Assembly (NCBI GenBank): GCA_013334825.1
Contig: JAAXWR010000002.1
Location: 34,025-98,024, forward strand
Reading direction: 5' to 3'
From: Candidatus Yonathbacteria bacterium
Lineage (GTDB): Bacteria; Patescibacteriota; Minisyncoccia; Phycocordibacterales; JACNGX01
Length of the DNA: 64,000 nucleotides
Position 1 is the stretch's first letter, and every line of letters begins with the position of its first letter. Both the position numbers and the translations under genes were made by a program. The notes beneath the pieces are model-generated. The model searched no databases, was not told where the DNA came from, and saw only the letters and a program-made list of their open reading frames with translations. Of this stretch, positions 38,058-47,939 are shown piece by piece.

Positions 38058-38768
38058 ATGTCTCTCGAACTCATTCCAGCCATTATTCCTGAAAGTCTCG
38101 ATGATTTATCGCGTAAACTTTCTCTTGTTGAGGGTCTTGTTCCTGTTGTCCAAATTGATATGGTAGACGGTATCTTTGCGCCCCATGCGCGCAAAAGTTG
38201 GCCGTTTGCTGACGTGAATGGTATGGGGGAGTTTCGTCGGATCGGTGCAGAAGAAGACGGACTTCCTTTTTGGGATAGCTTTTTCTTTGAAGCAGATCTT
38301 ATGGTGCGAGAACCAGAACGTATGCTTGAAGATATTATTGCGGCAGGTTTTGGTCGTGTTGTTGTTCATTTGGGAAGCACAGAGCAATTTCGTGATATTG
38401 TTGAACGTCTTCGCGCGTTTGATGTAGAGACAGTTATCGCGCTCTCTCTTGAGGATGATCCCGCAGATATCGAAATCTACGCGGATGATATTGATGCAAT
38501 ACAGTGCATGGGTATTAGCCGTATCGGTGCACAAGGACAACAGACGGATGAACGTATCTATGAACGTGTGTCCACATTGCGAGCAATGTACCCTGACCGT
38601 ATAATAAGTGTAGATGGTGGCGTAACGCTTGCGAATGCGTCACTTCTTATCGGAGCTGGTGCTGACCGACTTGTATCAGGTTCGGCAGTGTTTGGTGCTG
38701 ACGACATAGGAAAAGCAATTGCTGATTTTTACACGATTGAGGACCGAAGCGAAGAACTTTTTTCATGA
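38058..38768 (+). CDS. rpe: Ribulose-phosphate 3-epimerase-like TIM-barrel protein
   Basis: '…VQIDMVDGIF…' and the C-terminal 'ISVDGGVTLANASLLIGAGADRLVSGSAVFGADD' match RPE signature regions. I take the start at ATG 38058. Confidence 0.7.
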   Translation: MSLELIPAIIPESLDDLSRKLSLVEGLVPVVQIDMVDGIFAPHARKSWPFADVNGMGEFRRIGAEEDGLPFWDSFFFEADLMVREPERMLEDIIAAGFGRVVVHLGSTEQFRDIVERLRAFDVETVIALSLEDDPADIEIYADDIDAIQCMGISRIGAQGQQTDERIYERVSTLRAMYPDRIISVDGGVTLANASLLIGAGADRLVSGSAVFGADDIGKAIADFYTIEDRSEELFS

Positions 38769-39628
38769 AACCTCTTACTGATGACAATGTACGCGATCTC
38801 ACAGAGCGTGCTCGTGCGATACGCGAAAGTATTATCGACATGCTTCTTTCTGCTGGGTCTGGACATACCGCGGGACCTTTGGGGATGGCGGATATTTTCG
38901 CGCTCATGTATTTTCATGTGTTGCGTCACAAGCCAAAAGATCCGTTGTGGTCTGCACGTGATAGAGTCATTCTTTCCAATGGACATATTTGTCCAGTGTT
39001 GTACGCGACCATGGCACATGCGGGATATTTCCCTGTGCAAGAATTGACTACATTACGCGCATTTGGTTCGCGTTTGCAAGGACATCCTCATCGTGAATGG
39101 CTACCAGGAATTGAGACAAGTTCGGGACCACTTGGCTCTGGACTTTCACAAGCGATTGGTATGGCGCTCGCCGAACGTATGGACAGAGGGCGTGCGAGTG
39201 ACACGTATTTTTATGTGTTTATGGGTGATGGGGAACTTGACGCGGGACAAGTATGGGAAGCGGTGATGCTTGCCGGTAAAGAACGTCTTGCCAATATCTT
39301 GGTTATTATTGACCGCAACAATATTCAAATTGATGGATATACATGGGATGTGATGCCACTTGAGCCACTCTACGAAAAATGGGAGAGTTTTAATTGGCAG
39401 GTACAAGAAGTCGATGGGCACAACTTTGAAGCAATGAATGACGCTATTGGTAAAGCACAGTCCGCATATGGTATGCCGTCAGTTATCATCGCGCATACAA
39501 TTCCTGGGAAAGGAGTAGATGGATTTGAGAAAGATTATACATGGCATGGGAAACCACCAAATAAAGAAGAAGCAACACGCGCGCTTGAAGAATTGCGAAC
39601 GCTGGGAGGAAAAATAGCCGAAGATTAA
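38765..39628 (+). CDS. tktN: Transketolase, N-terminal (thiamine-diphosphate-binding) subunit
   Basis: 'GHTAGPLGMADIFALMY…SNGH…GSGLSQAIGMA…FMGDGELDAGQVWEA' is the TPP-binding half of transketolase. Confidence 0.9.
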   Translation: MKPLTDDNVRDLTERARAIRESIIDMLLSAGSGHTAGPLGMADIFALMYFHVLRHKPKDPLWSARDRVILSNGHICPVLYATMAHAGYFPVQELTTLRAFGSRLQGHPHREWLPGIETSSGPLGSGLSQAIGMALAERMDRGRASDTYFYVFMGDGELDAGQVWEAVMLAGKERLANILVIIDRNNIQIDGYTWDVMPLEPLYEKWESFNWQVQEVDGHNFEAMNDAIGKAQSAYGMPSVIIAHTIPGKGVDGFEKDYTWHGKPPNKEEATRALEELRTLGGKIAED

Positions 39629-39820
39629 ACGAAGTTTCAAGTTGTTAGTTTCAAGTTGCTAGATTGGTTACGAAGTACGAACGAGTACGAACATACGAAC
39701 ATAAACTCACCAATATAGTTGTCCATGTTCAGTAGCGTTCGTATGTTCCCTAAACCGCGTAGGGTTCAGGGCAAGCGTATAAGTTCGTACTTCGTAATCT
39801 AATATTATTTACTGTACTAT

Positions 39821-40228
39821 ATGGATATCATCACCCAAAAAACTGAAGAACCAATTATTATTCTTGAGACAGAAACTACTTCTTCGCTTACTCCACCGAT
39901 TTCCTACGATGATTTTATGTCTGTTGATATTCGTGTTGGCACTATTATTGAAGCGAGTTTGTTTCCTGAAGCGCGCAAGCCGATGCATAAATTCGTGATT
40001 GATTTTGGCCAGGATATCGGTCTCCGTCGCTCATGTGGACAAATTACTCAAAACTACACCCCTGAACAATTGGTGGGCAAGCAAGTTTTAGGTGTGGTGA
40101 ATTTTCCTGAGAAACAAATCGGTCCCTATGTATCGCAAGCACTCACCTTAGGGTTTCGTGACTTTGAGAACGGTGTTGTCTTGGTAACACCAGAACATGC
40201 AGTGCCAAATGGAGAACGGTTGATGTAA
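39821..40228 (+). CDS. tRNA-binding domain protein (CsaA/Trbp111/EMAP-like OB fold)
   Basis: '…VDIRVGTIIEA…HKFVIDFGQDIGLRRSCGQITQNYTPEQLVGKQVLGVVNFPEKQIG' matches the Myf/CsaA tRNA-binding domain. Confidence 0.7.
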   Translation: MDIITQKTEEPIIILETETTSSLTPPISYDDFMSVDIRVGTIIEASLFPEARKPMHKFVIDFGQDIGLRRSCGQITQNYTPEQLVGKQVLGVVNFPEKQIGPYVSQALTLGFRDFENGVVLVTPEHAVPNGERLM

Positions 40229-40240
40229 GTAATAAAAAAG

Positions 40241-40284
40241 AAAATTTTCAATTTCTAATTTTCAATTTTCAAACAATTTCTAAT
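40241..40284. repeat. Left inverted repeat flanking the four-helix-bundle gene cassette
   Basis: 'TTTTCAATTTCTAATTTTC' (40245-40263) is identical to the reverse complement of a 19-mer within 40721-40753. Confidence 0.65.
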
Positions 40285-40312
40285 ATAGAAATTTGAAAAA
40301 TGTATCAAACAT

Positions 40313-40669
40313 ATGCAGTACGATCTTGAAAACAGAACAAAAATTTTTAGCAAGGAGGTGATTATGTTCTTAAAACGTTTACAGAAGGATGAAATAAATA
40401 GACATATCATTTCTCAACTTGTTCGTTCGGCGACTAGTGTCGGTGCGAATTATTGTGAAGCAAATGGTGCTAGTTCACAGAGAGATTTCAAACATAAAAT
40501 ATTTATCTGTAGAAAGGAAATTCAAGAAACAAAATATCGGTTAGAATTAATTGCAGAATCGAATAAAGACGAAAAAGATAGTGTTGAAAAATTATGGAAA
40601 GAAGCTCATGAATTAACTCTCATTTTTAATAAAATATCAACAACACTAAGGGAACGCACTGAAAAATAA
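40313..40669 (+). CDS. Four-helix-bundle protein (TIGR02436; the '23S rRNA intervening-sequence protein' family)
   Basis: '…EINRHIISQLVRSATSVGANYCEANGASSQRDFKHKIFICRKEIQETKYRLELI…' is the family signature. Confidence 0.8.
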   Translation: MQYDLENRTKIFSKEVIMFLKRLQKDEINRHIISQLVRSATSVGANYCEANGASSQRDFKHKIFICRKEIQETKYRLELIAESNKDEKDSVEKLWKEAHELTLIFNKISTTLRERTEK

Positions 40670-40720
40670 ACTGAATATGTTTTGTGAAGCTTGAATCATT
40701 GATACATTGAAATATTGTTT

Positions 40721-40753
40721 GAAAATTAGAAATTGAAAATTGAAAATTAAACC
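40721..40753. repeat. Right inverted repeat flanking the four-helix-bundle gene cassette
   Basis: Reverse complement GGTTTAATTTTCAATTTTCAATTTCTAATTTTC matches the left repeat. Confidence 0.65.
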
Positions 40754-40786
40754 AAACACTATCATATTTGTTATACTATATATATT

Positions 40787-41776
40787 ATGTTTACCCCTTC
40801 TCTCAAATTAAATCCAAATCTTTTTGCCGATACCATTGAGCGTGTACCGACGCGCTTTGGTTTCGGTGATGGACTGGTTTTAGCAGGAAAGAAAAACACG
40901 CGCGTGGTTGCGTTGTGTGCCGATTTGACTGCATCTACCAAGATGGATGGATTTGCAAAAGCGTTTCCTGAAAGATTTATACAGATGGGGATTGGAGAGC
41001 AGTCTATGGCGAGTGTTGCTTCGGGACTTGCAGCAGCGGGAAAGATTCCGTTTTTTGCTTCGTATGCAATGTTTTCTCCAGGACGTAATTGGGAGCAGAT
41101 CCGTACAACGATTTGCTATAATAATGTGAATGCAAAAGTGGTTGGCGCACATGCAGGTGTGTCGGTGGGTCCCGACGGAGGAACACATCAAGCGATTGAA
41201 GATATTGCACTTATGCGTGTTATTCCGCATATGACTGTTGTGGTGCCATGTGACGCACACGAAGCACACAGAGCAACGCTCGCCCTTGCGGAATACAATG
41301 GACCGGCGTATCTTCGTTTGACACGTGAACCAACGCCTCTCATGACGACTTCCGATACGCCTTTTGCTATCGGTAAAGCGCAGATTTTCTTCGAACCAAA
41401 GCGCGGAGTAAAAAAGACTATTGGTATCATTGGAGCGGGACCAGTCTTATATGAAGCACTCTTGACAGCAAAGGATTTGGAGGGAGAAGGTATTGGTGTA
41501 TCAGTTATGAATCTTGCAACCATTAAACCACTTGATGAAGAAGCGGTGCTTTCGTTTGCCAAAGCACATAAAGCGCTCGTGACTGTTGAAGAACATCAAA
41601 TTGCTGGCGGGCTCGGATCAACGATTGCGGAATATCTCTCATCCGTGTATCCAATGCATATTGTGCGTATTGGTGTACGCGATGCCTTTGGTCAATCGGG
41701 TACACAAAAAGAACTCATCGCGCACTATGGAATGGATAAAGAAAGTATCAAACGTGAAATACGGAATGTGAAATAA
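40787..41776 (+). CDS. tktC: Transketolase, C-terminal (pyrimidine-binding plus C-terminal domain) subunit
   Basis: '…GIGEQSMASVASGLAAAGKIPFFASYAMF…HAGVSVGPDGGTHQAIEDIALMRVIP…' is the Pyr-binding half. Confidence 0.9.
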   Translation: MFTPSLKLNPNLFADTIERVPTRFGFGDGLVLAGKKNTRVVALCADLTASTKMDGFAKAFPERFIQMGIGEQSMASVASGLAAAGKIPFFASYAMFSPGRNWEQIRTTICYNNVNAKVVGAHAGVSVGPDGGTHQAIEDIALMRVIPHMTVVVPCDAHEAHRATLALAEYNGPAYLRLTREPTPLMTTSDTPFAIGKAQIFFEPKRGVKKTIGIIGAGPVLYEALLTAKDLEGEGIGVSVMNLATIKPLDEEAVLSFAKAHKALVTVEEHQIAGGLGSTIAEYLSSVYPMHIVRIGVRDAFGQSGTQKELIAHYGMDKESIKREIRNVK

Positions 41777-42115
41777 GGAATACGAATGTAGGAAATAGGT
41801 TAGAGGTGGTAGGGACAGATATTCGAATCAAGTGTGCCCTGCACCCTACGTGGTGCAGGGAATCATGAAGCAAGAATACGAGAGGCGAATAAAAAAAATA
41901 TGAGCATACGAATAACGAATGTGTACGAATATACGAATGACAAAGAAACGATAAATTATAAAAAAAACTATAGACAATGAAATAAGAAAATAGAAATATG
42001 GGAAGAGAAAACTATAAATGGTAAACGATAAAAGAAAAGAGTCGTATTCGTACATTCGTACGTATTCGTTATTCGTAAGCATTCTTGAAACTTGCAACTG
42101 ACAACTTAAAACTCG
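41777..42115. repeat. Composite intergenic repeat element (copy B)
   Basis: Contains 'ggttagagg' words, the palindrome CCCTGCACC-CTACGT-GGTGCAGGG (41837-41860), 'acgaata' words, and R4 'GAAATAAGAAAATAGAAATATGGGAAGAGAAAACTATAAATGGTAAACGATAAA'. The module order is the same as in copies A and C. Confidence 0.7.
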
Positions 42116-42116
42116 T

Positions 42117-42791
42117 CTAATGTGCTACCGCATACGCTTTTACTTCTCGTGCGCCTGCGGCGCGGAGAGTTTTGCGCGCTTCCGCTATTGTTGCTCCTGT
42201 TGTGGTGACATCATCGATAAGGATAACCGTTCTTCCTATAATGCGTGATGAATGAGATACAGTAAATGCGTCGATGAGGTTTCGTAATCGCTCACTTTTG
42301 TTTGCAAGCGACATTTGTGGTTTTGTGTCACGGGTTTTTATAAGGATATCGGTTGCAAGTACAAGATTTGAATCAGAAAAAGAAGTAACAAGAGCGCGTG
42401 CAATGTCTTCAGTATGATTGTATCCGCGTGTCTTTAGTCGTGCGCGAGAAAGGGGTATAGGTATGACGAGCATTTCTTCGTTACTGCCGACAAGCGACTC
42501 TTCTGCTATATCCTCTGCAATCATGTCATAGAGCGCTTCTGCACATACGGGTGCGACGGCGCGAATTCCTTCGTATTTAAGATTCCAAATGATCCGATGT
42601 ACCGTAGGGTGTCTATACGACCATACGGCGCGCACTTCTTTGTCGGCAGAGGGTTCAGCAGGAGGGATAGACGCTCGACAAGTATCACATAAAAAGGTCC
42701 CAATTTTTCCACAACCAGTACATTGTGATGGAAACAATGCTTCGCATATAAAATTTATGATAGGGCGTATTACGTTTTTGGTCAGTTCCAT
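42117..42791 (-). CDS. comFC: ComF family protein (ComFC-like phosphoribosyltransferase domain), competence-associated
   Basis: N-terminal Cys4 zinc finger 'CTGCGKIGTFLCDTC', and a PRTase motif 'VILIDDVTTTGAT'. It diverges from pilM, with a TATAAT box for pilM at 42795-42800. Confidence 0.8.
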   Translation of the reverse strand: MELTKNVIRPIINFICEALFPSQCTGCGKIGTFLCDTCRASIPPAEPSADKEVRAVWSYRHPTVHRIIWNLKYEGIRAVAPVCAEALYDMIAEDIAEESLVGSNEEMLVIPIPLSRARLKTRGYNHTEDIARALVTSFSDSNLVLATDILIKTRDTKPQMSLANKSERLRNLIDAFTVSHSSRIIGRTVILIDDVTTTGATIAEARKTLRAAGAREVKAYAVAH

Positions 42792-42810
42792 GGTATAATC
42801 ATCGCATAGT

Positions 42811-43959
42811 ATGGCTGATATATTCAAACAACTCACAGGGGATTTCTTTAAGAAAAAAGCGGAAAGCGTTATTGGTGTTGATATTGGTTCAGCGTTTATA
42901 AAAGTTGTTCAATTAAAAAAGAAAAATGGAAAGGCTATTCTTGAAACATATGGTGAGCTTGCGCTTGGTCCATATGGTGGTGTGGCCGTTGGGCAGGCAA
43001 CACAACTTCCTCCAGAAAAGATTGCTGAAGCGCTTGCTGATGTTATACGCGAAGCAAATATTACAACAAAAAACGCCGGTCTTTCATTGCCACTTCAGTC
43101 AAGCCTCCTTTCATTTATGAAGATGCCACCGCTTGATGATAAGAAACTTGCTGAGATGATTCCTATTGAAGCAAGAAAATATATTCCTGTTCCAGTATCT
43201 GAAGTATCTTTGGATTGGTGGATTCTTCCAAAAAGAGAAGAGGATGTCATGCTCGGAGGAGTTCCGTCTATGCCTGGAGCAATAAAAGGTGTTTCACCGA
43301 AAGAAGATAAACAGCTTATTGATGTGCTCGTCGTCGCGATTTTGAATGAGACGATTCATGATTTTCGCGATGTTGTCGCTCGTGCAGCATTTGAAAATGC
43401 ATTTTTTGAATTAGAAGTATTTAGTACGGCGCGAAGTACTTTTGGTGCTAGTGCGTCTCCTGTGATGGTCATTGATATGGGTGCACGAACGACAAAAATT
43501 TCTATCCTTGAATACGGTATTATTCGTGCACAGCATATCGTTAATAGGGGATCTCAAAATATTACTGTTGCCATTGCGGATTCTGTCGGTGTTCCTGTTG
43601 AGCGTGCAGAACAATTAAAAAGAGAGTTCGGCCTTCTTGGTACAGGGAAAGAAGGACATATCACTGAGACAGCGCAGCTTGTCGTTGACCATGTTCTCAA
43701 TGAGGCAGAAGCAGTTCTCCTTAATTATGAACGGACACACAATAGAATGATTAAACATATCGTTCTTACTGGAGGGGGTGTTCTTTTGAAAGGGTTGTAC
43801 GAAGCAGCAGATAAAGCGTTTGAGACAGAAGTGACATATGCAGACCCATTTAAAAAGACTGAAGCCCCTGCTTTTCTTAAGCCAGTACTTAGTGATGCAG
43901 GTCCCGAATTTGCAGTTGCTGTTGGTCTTGCCCTCCGAAAACTCGAAGAACAAGAATAG
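42811..43959 (+). CDS. pilM: Type IV pilus assembly protein PilM (actin-like ATPase)
   Basis: 'VIGVDIGSAFIKVVQL…' N-terminus and an FtsA-like fold. Confidence 0.85.
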   Translation: MADIFKQLTGDFFKKKAESVIGVDIGSAFIKVVQLKKKNGKAILETYGELALGPYGGVAVGQATQLPPEKIAEALADVIREANITTKNAGLSLPLQSSLLSFMKMPPLDDKKLAEMIPIEARKYIPVPVSEVSLDWWILPKREEDVMLGGVPSMPGAIKGVSPKEDKQLIDVLVVAILNETIHDFRDVVARAAFENAFFELEVFSTARSTFGASASPVMVIDMGARTTKISILEYGIIRAQHIVNRGSQNITVAIADSVGVPVERAEQLKREFGLLGTGKEGHITETAQLVVDHVLNEAEAVLLNYERTHNRMIKHIVLTGGGVLLKGLYEAADKAFETEVTYADPFKKTEAPAFLKPVLSDAGPEFAVAVGLALRKLEEQE

Positions 43960-44039
43960 TCTTGGTTGGTTTCTTCCTCAATCCACATTTTTCTGCTTTC
44001 TTTCCTTTCTAAAAAAGTGCATAATAATGATATTGTTAT

Positions 44040-44636
44040 ATGGTCACGGCTTCTCAAACATCATTCATCCCCAAGCAATCGTTTGATCAGGTGAAGAAAA
44101 AACGTAACACAGGGACATGGTTACTCGTCTCTCTCTCTGGGTTTGTGTTAGCTCTTTCTCTTGTTGCTGCTGCCGGTGTATTTTTTTATGAGCGTATGCT
44201 TACAACGGATGTTGCTGACATGCGAGACCGTCTTGAGCGCATGCGTTCAGCGTTTGAACCTACACTTGTACAAGAATTAAAGCGTCTTGATGAACGTCTG
44301 AGTACGCTCAATGCGGTGTTGGGAGGGCATGTTGCTTTTTCAGAATTTTTTTCTGTTCTTGAACAAAATACATTGCAGACTGTACGCTTTCGTCAGTTTA
44401 CTTATCAAATGAATACAGAAAATGGAGCGGAAGTTACCCTCTCTGGAGAAGCAACAAGTTATTCTTCCGTTGCATTACAATCAGACGTCTTTGGAAAGAA
44501 CCGTTATTTTCATGATCCTATATTTTCTGATATGACATTGGACAATAAGGGAAATGTAACATTTAATGTGACATTTATTCTTGATGATGAACTTATCAAG
44601 TATGATGTAGCGGATGCAGTAAATATTTCTTCTTAA
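44040..44636 (+). CDS. pilN: PilN-like pilus assembly protein
   Basis: Single N-terminal TM then a coiled-coil/periplasmic region. Its position after pilM fits. Confidence 0.65.
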   Translation: MVTASQTSFIPKQSFDQVKKKRNTGTWLLVSLSGFVLALSLVAAAGVFFYERMLTTDVADMRDRLERMRSAFEPTLVQELKRLDERLSTLNAVLGGHVAFSEFFSVLEQNTLQTVRFRQFTYQMNTENGAEVTLSGEATSYSSVALQSDVFGKNRYFHDPIFSDMTLDNKGNVTFNVTFILDDELIKYDVADAVNISS

Positions 44637-44641
44637 ATTGT

Positions 44642-45178
44642 ATGATGCGATTCCTTACAACACTTGTATTTCTAGCCGCTGCGGGAGGTGTGTTTTTTGC
44701 TTTTACAACAAATCATTATGATACTGTTCGCGAACTTCAAGCAGAACAAAAAGAACTTACTGCGGCATCAGAAAAGATGCGTGAACTCAACGAAATGCGT
44801 TCAGATCTTCTCTCTCGTTACAATGCTTTTTCACAAGAGGATCTCGAGCGTTTGGAAAAAGCGCTTCCTGATAACGTCGATAACGTAAAACTTGTACGTG
44901 ATATTGACGGAATTGCTGCACGGTATGATATGACAGTGCGAAATATTATGATTCAACTTGGTGGTGAGACACCGGGCATCATCTCTTCTGGTGATAAAAC
45001 ATATGGTTCGCTTACGCTCTCTTTCGCTGTTTCTGGCCCGTATAAGACGTTTGTTAATTTCCTCCGTGACTTGGAACGCAGTCTCCGCATTGTTGATGTG
45101 ATTGATGTGTCATTTAATGCAGAAGAGAAAGATTTGTATGAATATACGGTAACACTTCGTACCTATTGGCTTAAATAA
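44642..45178 (+). CDS. pilO: PilO-like pilus assembly protein
   Basis: N-terminal TM, coiled coil, and a C-terminal ferredoxin-like region. Its position fits. Confidence 0.65.
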   Translation: MMRFLTTLVFLAAAGGVFFAFTTNHYDTVRELQAEQKELTAASEKMRELNEMRSDLLSRYNAFSQEDLERLEKALPDNVDNVKLVRDIDGIAARYDMTVRNIMIQLGGETPGIISSGDKTYGSLTLSFAVSGPYKTFVNFLRDLERSLRIVDVIDVSFNAEEKDLYEYTVTLRTYWLK

Positions 45179-45183
45179 ACAAT

Positions 45184-45561
45184 ATGTTTGAAATATTTTT
45201 TAAAAATAAAAAAATTATCTTCGGTGTCCTTGCTGTTATTCTGGCATTTGTTGCGTATCAAATGTTGTTTGTTTCGGGAAAGAGTACAGATGAGGGGACA
45301 TCTGTTCTTATTGAAGATCAGGGAGATCTTTCTGCCGAAGATCAGACGACACTTCAAATGTTGTCAGATATGCAAACAATAAAATTAAATGCAACAGTAT
45401 TGCAAAATCCAGCATTTATTAGTTTACAAGATTTTAGTATACCACTTCAAAATGAGCCACAAGGACGACGAAATCCTTTTGCTCCGATTGGGACGACAAA
45501 CGATATCTCTACTGCTGACACATCTGATAAGACGGTGGTAAAGACAGGGTTGACCCAATGA
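45184..45561 (+). CDS. Small membrane-anchored protein in the pilus operon (possibly PilP-like)
   Basis: N-terminal TM. Position only. Confidence 0.4.
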   Translation: MFEIFFKNKKIIFGVLAVILAFVAYQMLFVSGKSTDEGTSVLIEDQGDLSAEDQTTLQMLSDMQTIKLNATVLQNPAFISLQDFSIPLQNEPQGRRNPFAPIGTTNDISTADTSDKTVVKTGLTQ

Positions 45562-45610
45562 TATCTTGTTAAATGATATGTAGTGTCGTTGCGTAGAGAC
45601 TTTTCCTCTT

Positions 45611-47329
45611 ATGGCTTTTCTTGATTTTTTGTTAAATAAAGGTGCAATTTCATCTTCCGTAGCGGACGATGTTCGCATGCGTGTTGAAACAAAAGGAGAA
45701 CAAATGGATTCTGCTCTTGCTGCACATGGTATGAATCCGGATACGATGCTTGGATTACGAAGTGAATATGCGGGCATTCCTCTGCGCGCAGTTGAAGAAA
45801 AAGACGTGTCATTTAAGGTGCTTGAATATGCACCCGAAGAATCAGCTCTGCATTATAAATTTATTCCTCTTGCTGTTGAGAAAGGTATTCTTGAGATAGG
45901 AATTGTTGATCCAGATAATATTGGTGCACGTGACGCGATACAATTTATTGCGAGTAAACTTGATATTCCTTATAAATTATTTTTAATATCAGAATCAGAT
46001 TTTACAGAAACAGCAAAGAAATACAAAGGATTATCTGGAGAAGTGAACAAGGCATTGTCAGAACTTGAAACAGAACTTGATGGCGATGATGAGACTGTCG
46101 CTTCGCTAGAGGCAAAAAGTGATGATATCTCGCAAACACAAATTATTGAAGATGCTCCTGTAACAAAAATTGTTGCAGTTATATTGCGACATGCAATTGA
46201 AGGAAATGCTTCAGATGTTCATATAGAGCCACTCGAAGATAAAGTGAGAGTTCGTTTTCGCGTTGATGGTCTTATGCATACCAGTTTGGTATTACCCGCA
46301 AAAGTCCAAAGTGCCGTTGTTGCCCGTATAAAGATTTTAACGACAAGCATGAAGCTTGATGAAAAACGTAAGCCACAAGATGGACGTTTTTCGGCACACA
46401 TTGAGGGACGTAAGGTAGATTTCCGTGTCTCAACATTTCCGACGTATTATGGTGAGAAAGTTGTTATGCGTATTTTAGACACTGGAAAAGGAGCACTCAA
46501 GCTAGAACAGCTTGGCATGCGTCAAGAAGATATTGCAATTGTACGCGAAATGCTTGATCGTCCGTATGGTATCATCCTTCTTACTGGTCCGACGGGTTCT
46601 GGAAAAACGACGACATTGTATTCAATGTTGAGTGAAGTTGATCGGGACAAAAAGAATGTTGTTTCTTTGGAAGACCCTGTTGAATACAACATGCCGGGCG
46701 TGAGTCAGTCACAAGTACGTCCTGAAATTGATTATACTTTTGCAAATGGTTTACGTAGTATTCTCCGTCAAGATCCAGACATCATTATGGTTGGAGAAAT
46801 TCGTGACAAAGAAACAGCACAGCTCGCTATTCAAGCTGCACTTACAGGGCATCTTGTCTTCTCTACCATTCACACCAATACTGCATCAGGTGTTATCCCT
46901 CGTCTTATTGATATGGGTGTAGATCCGTTTCTTATTGCTCCAACACTTGCTCTTGCGATTGGGCAACGTCTCGTCCCTGCTATTTGTAAGGGGGCAAAAA
47001 AAGAACGTCTTATTGAGGGTGGTATTCGTGAAATGATTTCTCAACAAATTAAAGATCTTCCCGCAGAACGACAGATGCTTTTTTCTGAAAAAACATTTGT
47101 CCATGACGCTGTCCCAACCGCAGATTGTCCTTCTGGGACTCGAGGTCGGTTGGGAGTGTTTGAGTTACTACGCGTGGATAGAAGTGTAGAAGAAGTTATC
47201 TTGACGAAGCCTGTTGAAGAGGAGGTATATAAAGCAGCGCGTATACAAGGAATGTTGACCATGAAAGAAGATGCTCTTCTCAAATCATTTGACGGAAGCG
47301 TTTCTTTCGAAGAGGTAAATATGCTGTAA
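45611..47329 (+). CDS. pilB: Type IV pilus assembly ATPase PilB (GspE family)
   Basis: Walker A 'GPTGSGKTTTLYSML', Asp and His boxes, and the N1/N2 GspE regions. Confidence 0.9.
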   Translation: MAFLDFLLNKGAISSSVADDVRMRVETKGEQMDSALAAHGMNPDTMLGLRSEYAGIPLRAVEEKDVSFKVLEYAPEESALHYKFIPLAVEKGILEIGIVDPDNIGARDAIQFIASKLDIPYKLFLISESDFTETAKKYKGLSGEVNKALSELETELDGDDETVASLEAKSDDISQTQIIEDAPVTKIVAVILRHAIEGNASDVHIEPLEDKVRVRFRVDGLMHTSLVLPAKVQSAVVARIKILTTSMKLDEKRKPQDGRFSAHIEGRKVDFRVSTFPTYYGEKVVMRILDTGKGALKLEQLGMRQEDIAIVREMLDRPYGIILLTGPTGSGKTTTLYSMLSEVDRDKKNVVSLEDPVEYNMPGVSQSQVRPEIDYTFANGLRSILRQDPDIIMVGEIRDKETAQLAIQAALTGHLVFSTIHTNTASGVIPRLIDMGVDPFLIAPTLALAIGQRLVPAICKGAKKERLIEGGIREMISQQIKDLPAERQMLFSEKTFVHDAVPTADCPSGTRGRLGVFELLRVDRSVEEVILTKPVEEEVYKAARIQGMLTMKEDALLKSFDGSVSFEEVNML

Positions 47330-47358
47330 AAGATATAAATATAGAGTATACTACTCAT

Positions 47359-47766
47359 ATGTCTACAACAACAGAACAATCACAACTAGCAATGCATACC
47401 GCACTTATTGTCGATGACGATAAGTTTCTTCTTGATATGTATGTACTTAAATTCAAACAGAGTGGATTTGAAGTGACTGCATGCTTGGGTGCTGAAGATG
47501 CGCTTGAGCGTTTACGTGCCGGTCTTCAGCCCGACGTCATTTTGACAGATATCTTGATGCCTTCAATGGATGGATTTTCCTTTTTAGAGCGCATGAAAGA
47601 AGAGAAACTTGCATTGCATGCGAAAAAGATCGTTCTTTCGAATAAAGGAGAAAAGCCAGATATTGATAGAGCGGCATCTTCAGGTGCTGTTGGATATGTG
47701 ATAAAAGCCAGTGTTATTCCTTCAGAAGTGGTTGAAAAGGCACGTACAGTTCTTGGTTTGAAATAA
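47359..47766 (+). CDS. Single-domain response regulator (CheY-like receiver, PilH-like)
   Basis: 'LIVDDDKFL…PDVILTDILMPSMDGFSFLERMK…' carries the phospho-acceptor Asp context. Confidence 0.8.
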   Translation: MSTTTEQSQLAMHTALIVDDDKFLLDMYVLKFKQSGFEVTACLGAEDALERLRAGLQPDVILTDILMPSMDGFSFLERMKEEKLALHAKKIVLSNKGEKPDIDRAASSGAVGYVIKASVIPSEVVEKARTVLGLK

Positions 47767-47939
47767 ATAAAAATACCCATAAATCGACGTTTATTGATAA
47801 AAAGTGGATAACTAATCCACACCCATTGTTCTTTTTGTTATCATTTTGTTATAATAAAATGGCTTCAAACGCAGCAAGGCGTGTGGGCTTTTATCAATAG
47901 GTCGTTATTCGTTTTAATCAAATTTTATCCTTATATCTT

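Noticed and set aside
39640-39815. A possible small ORF or ncRNA in the tktN–csaA spacer
   Set aside because: The sequence is made of the same R1 words (GTTACGAAGTACGAAC…GTTCGTATGTTCCC… palindromes) seen in other spacers. There is no coding signal.
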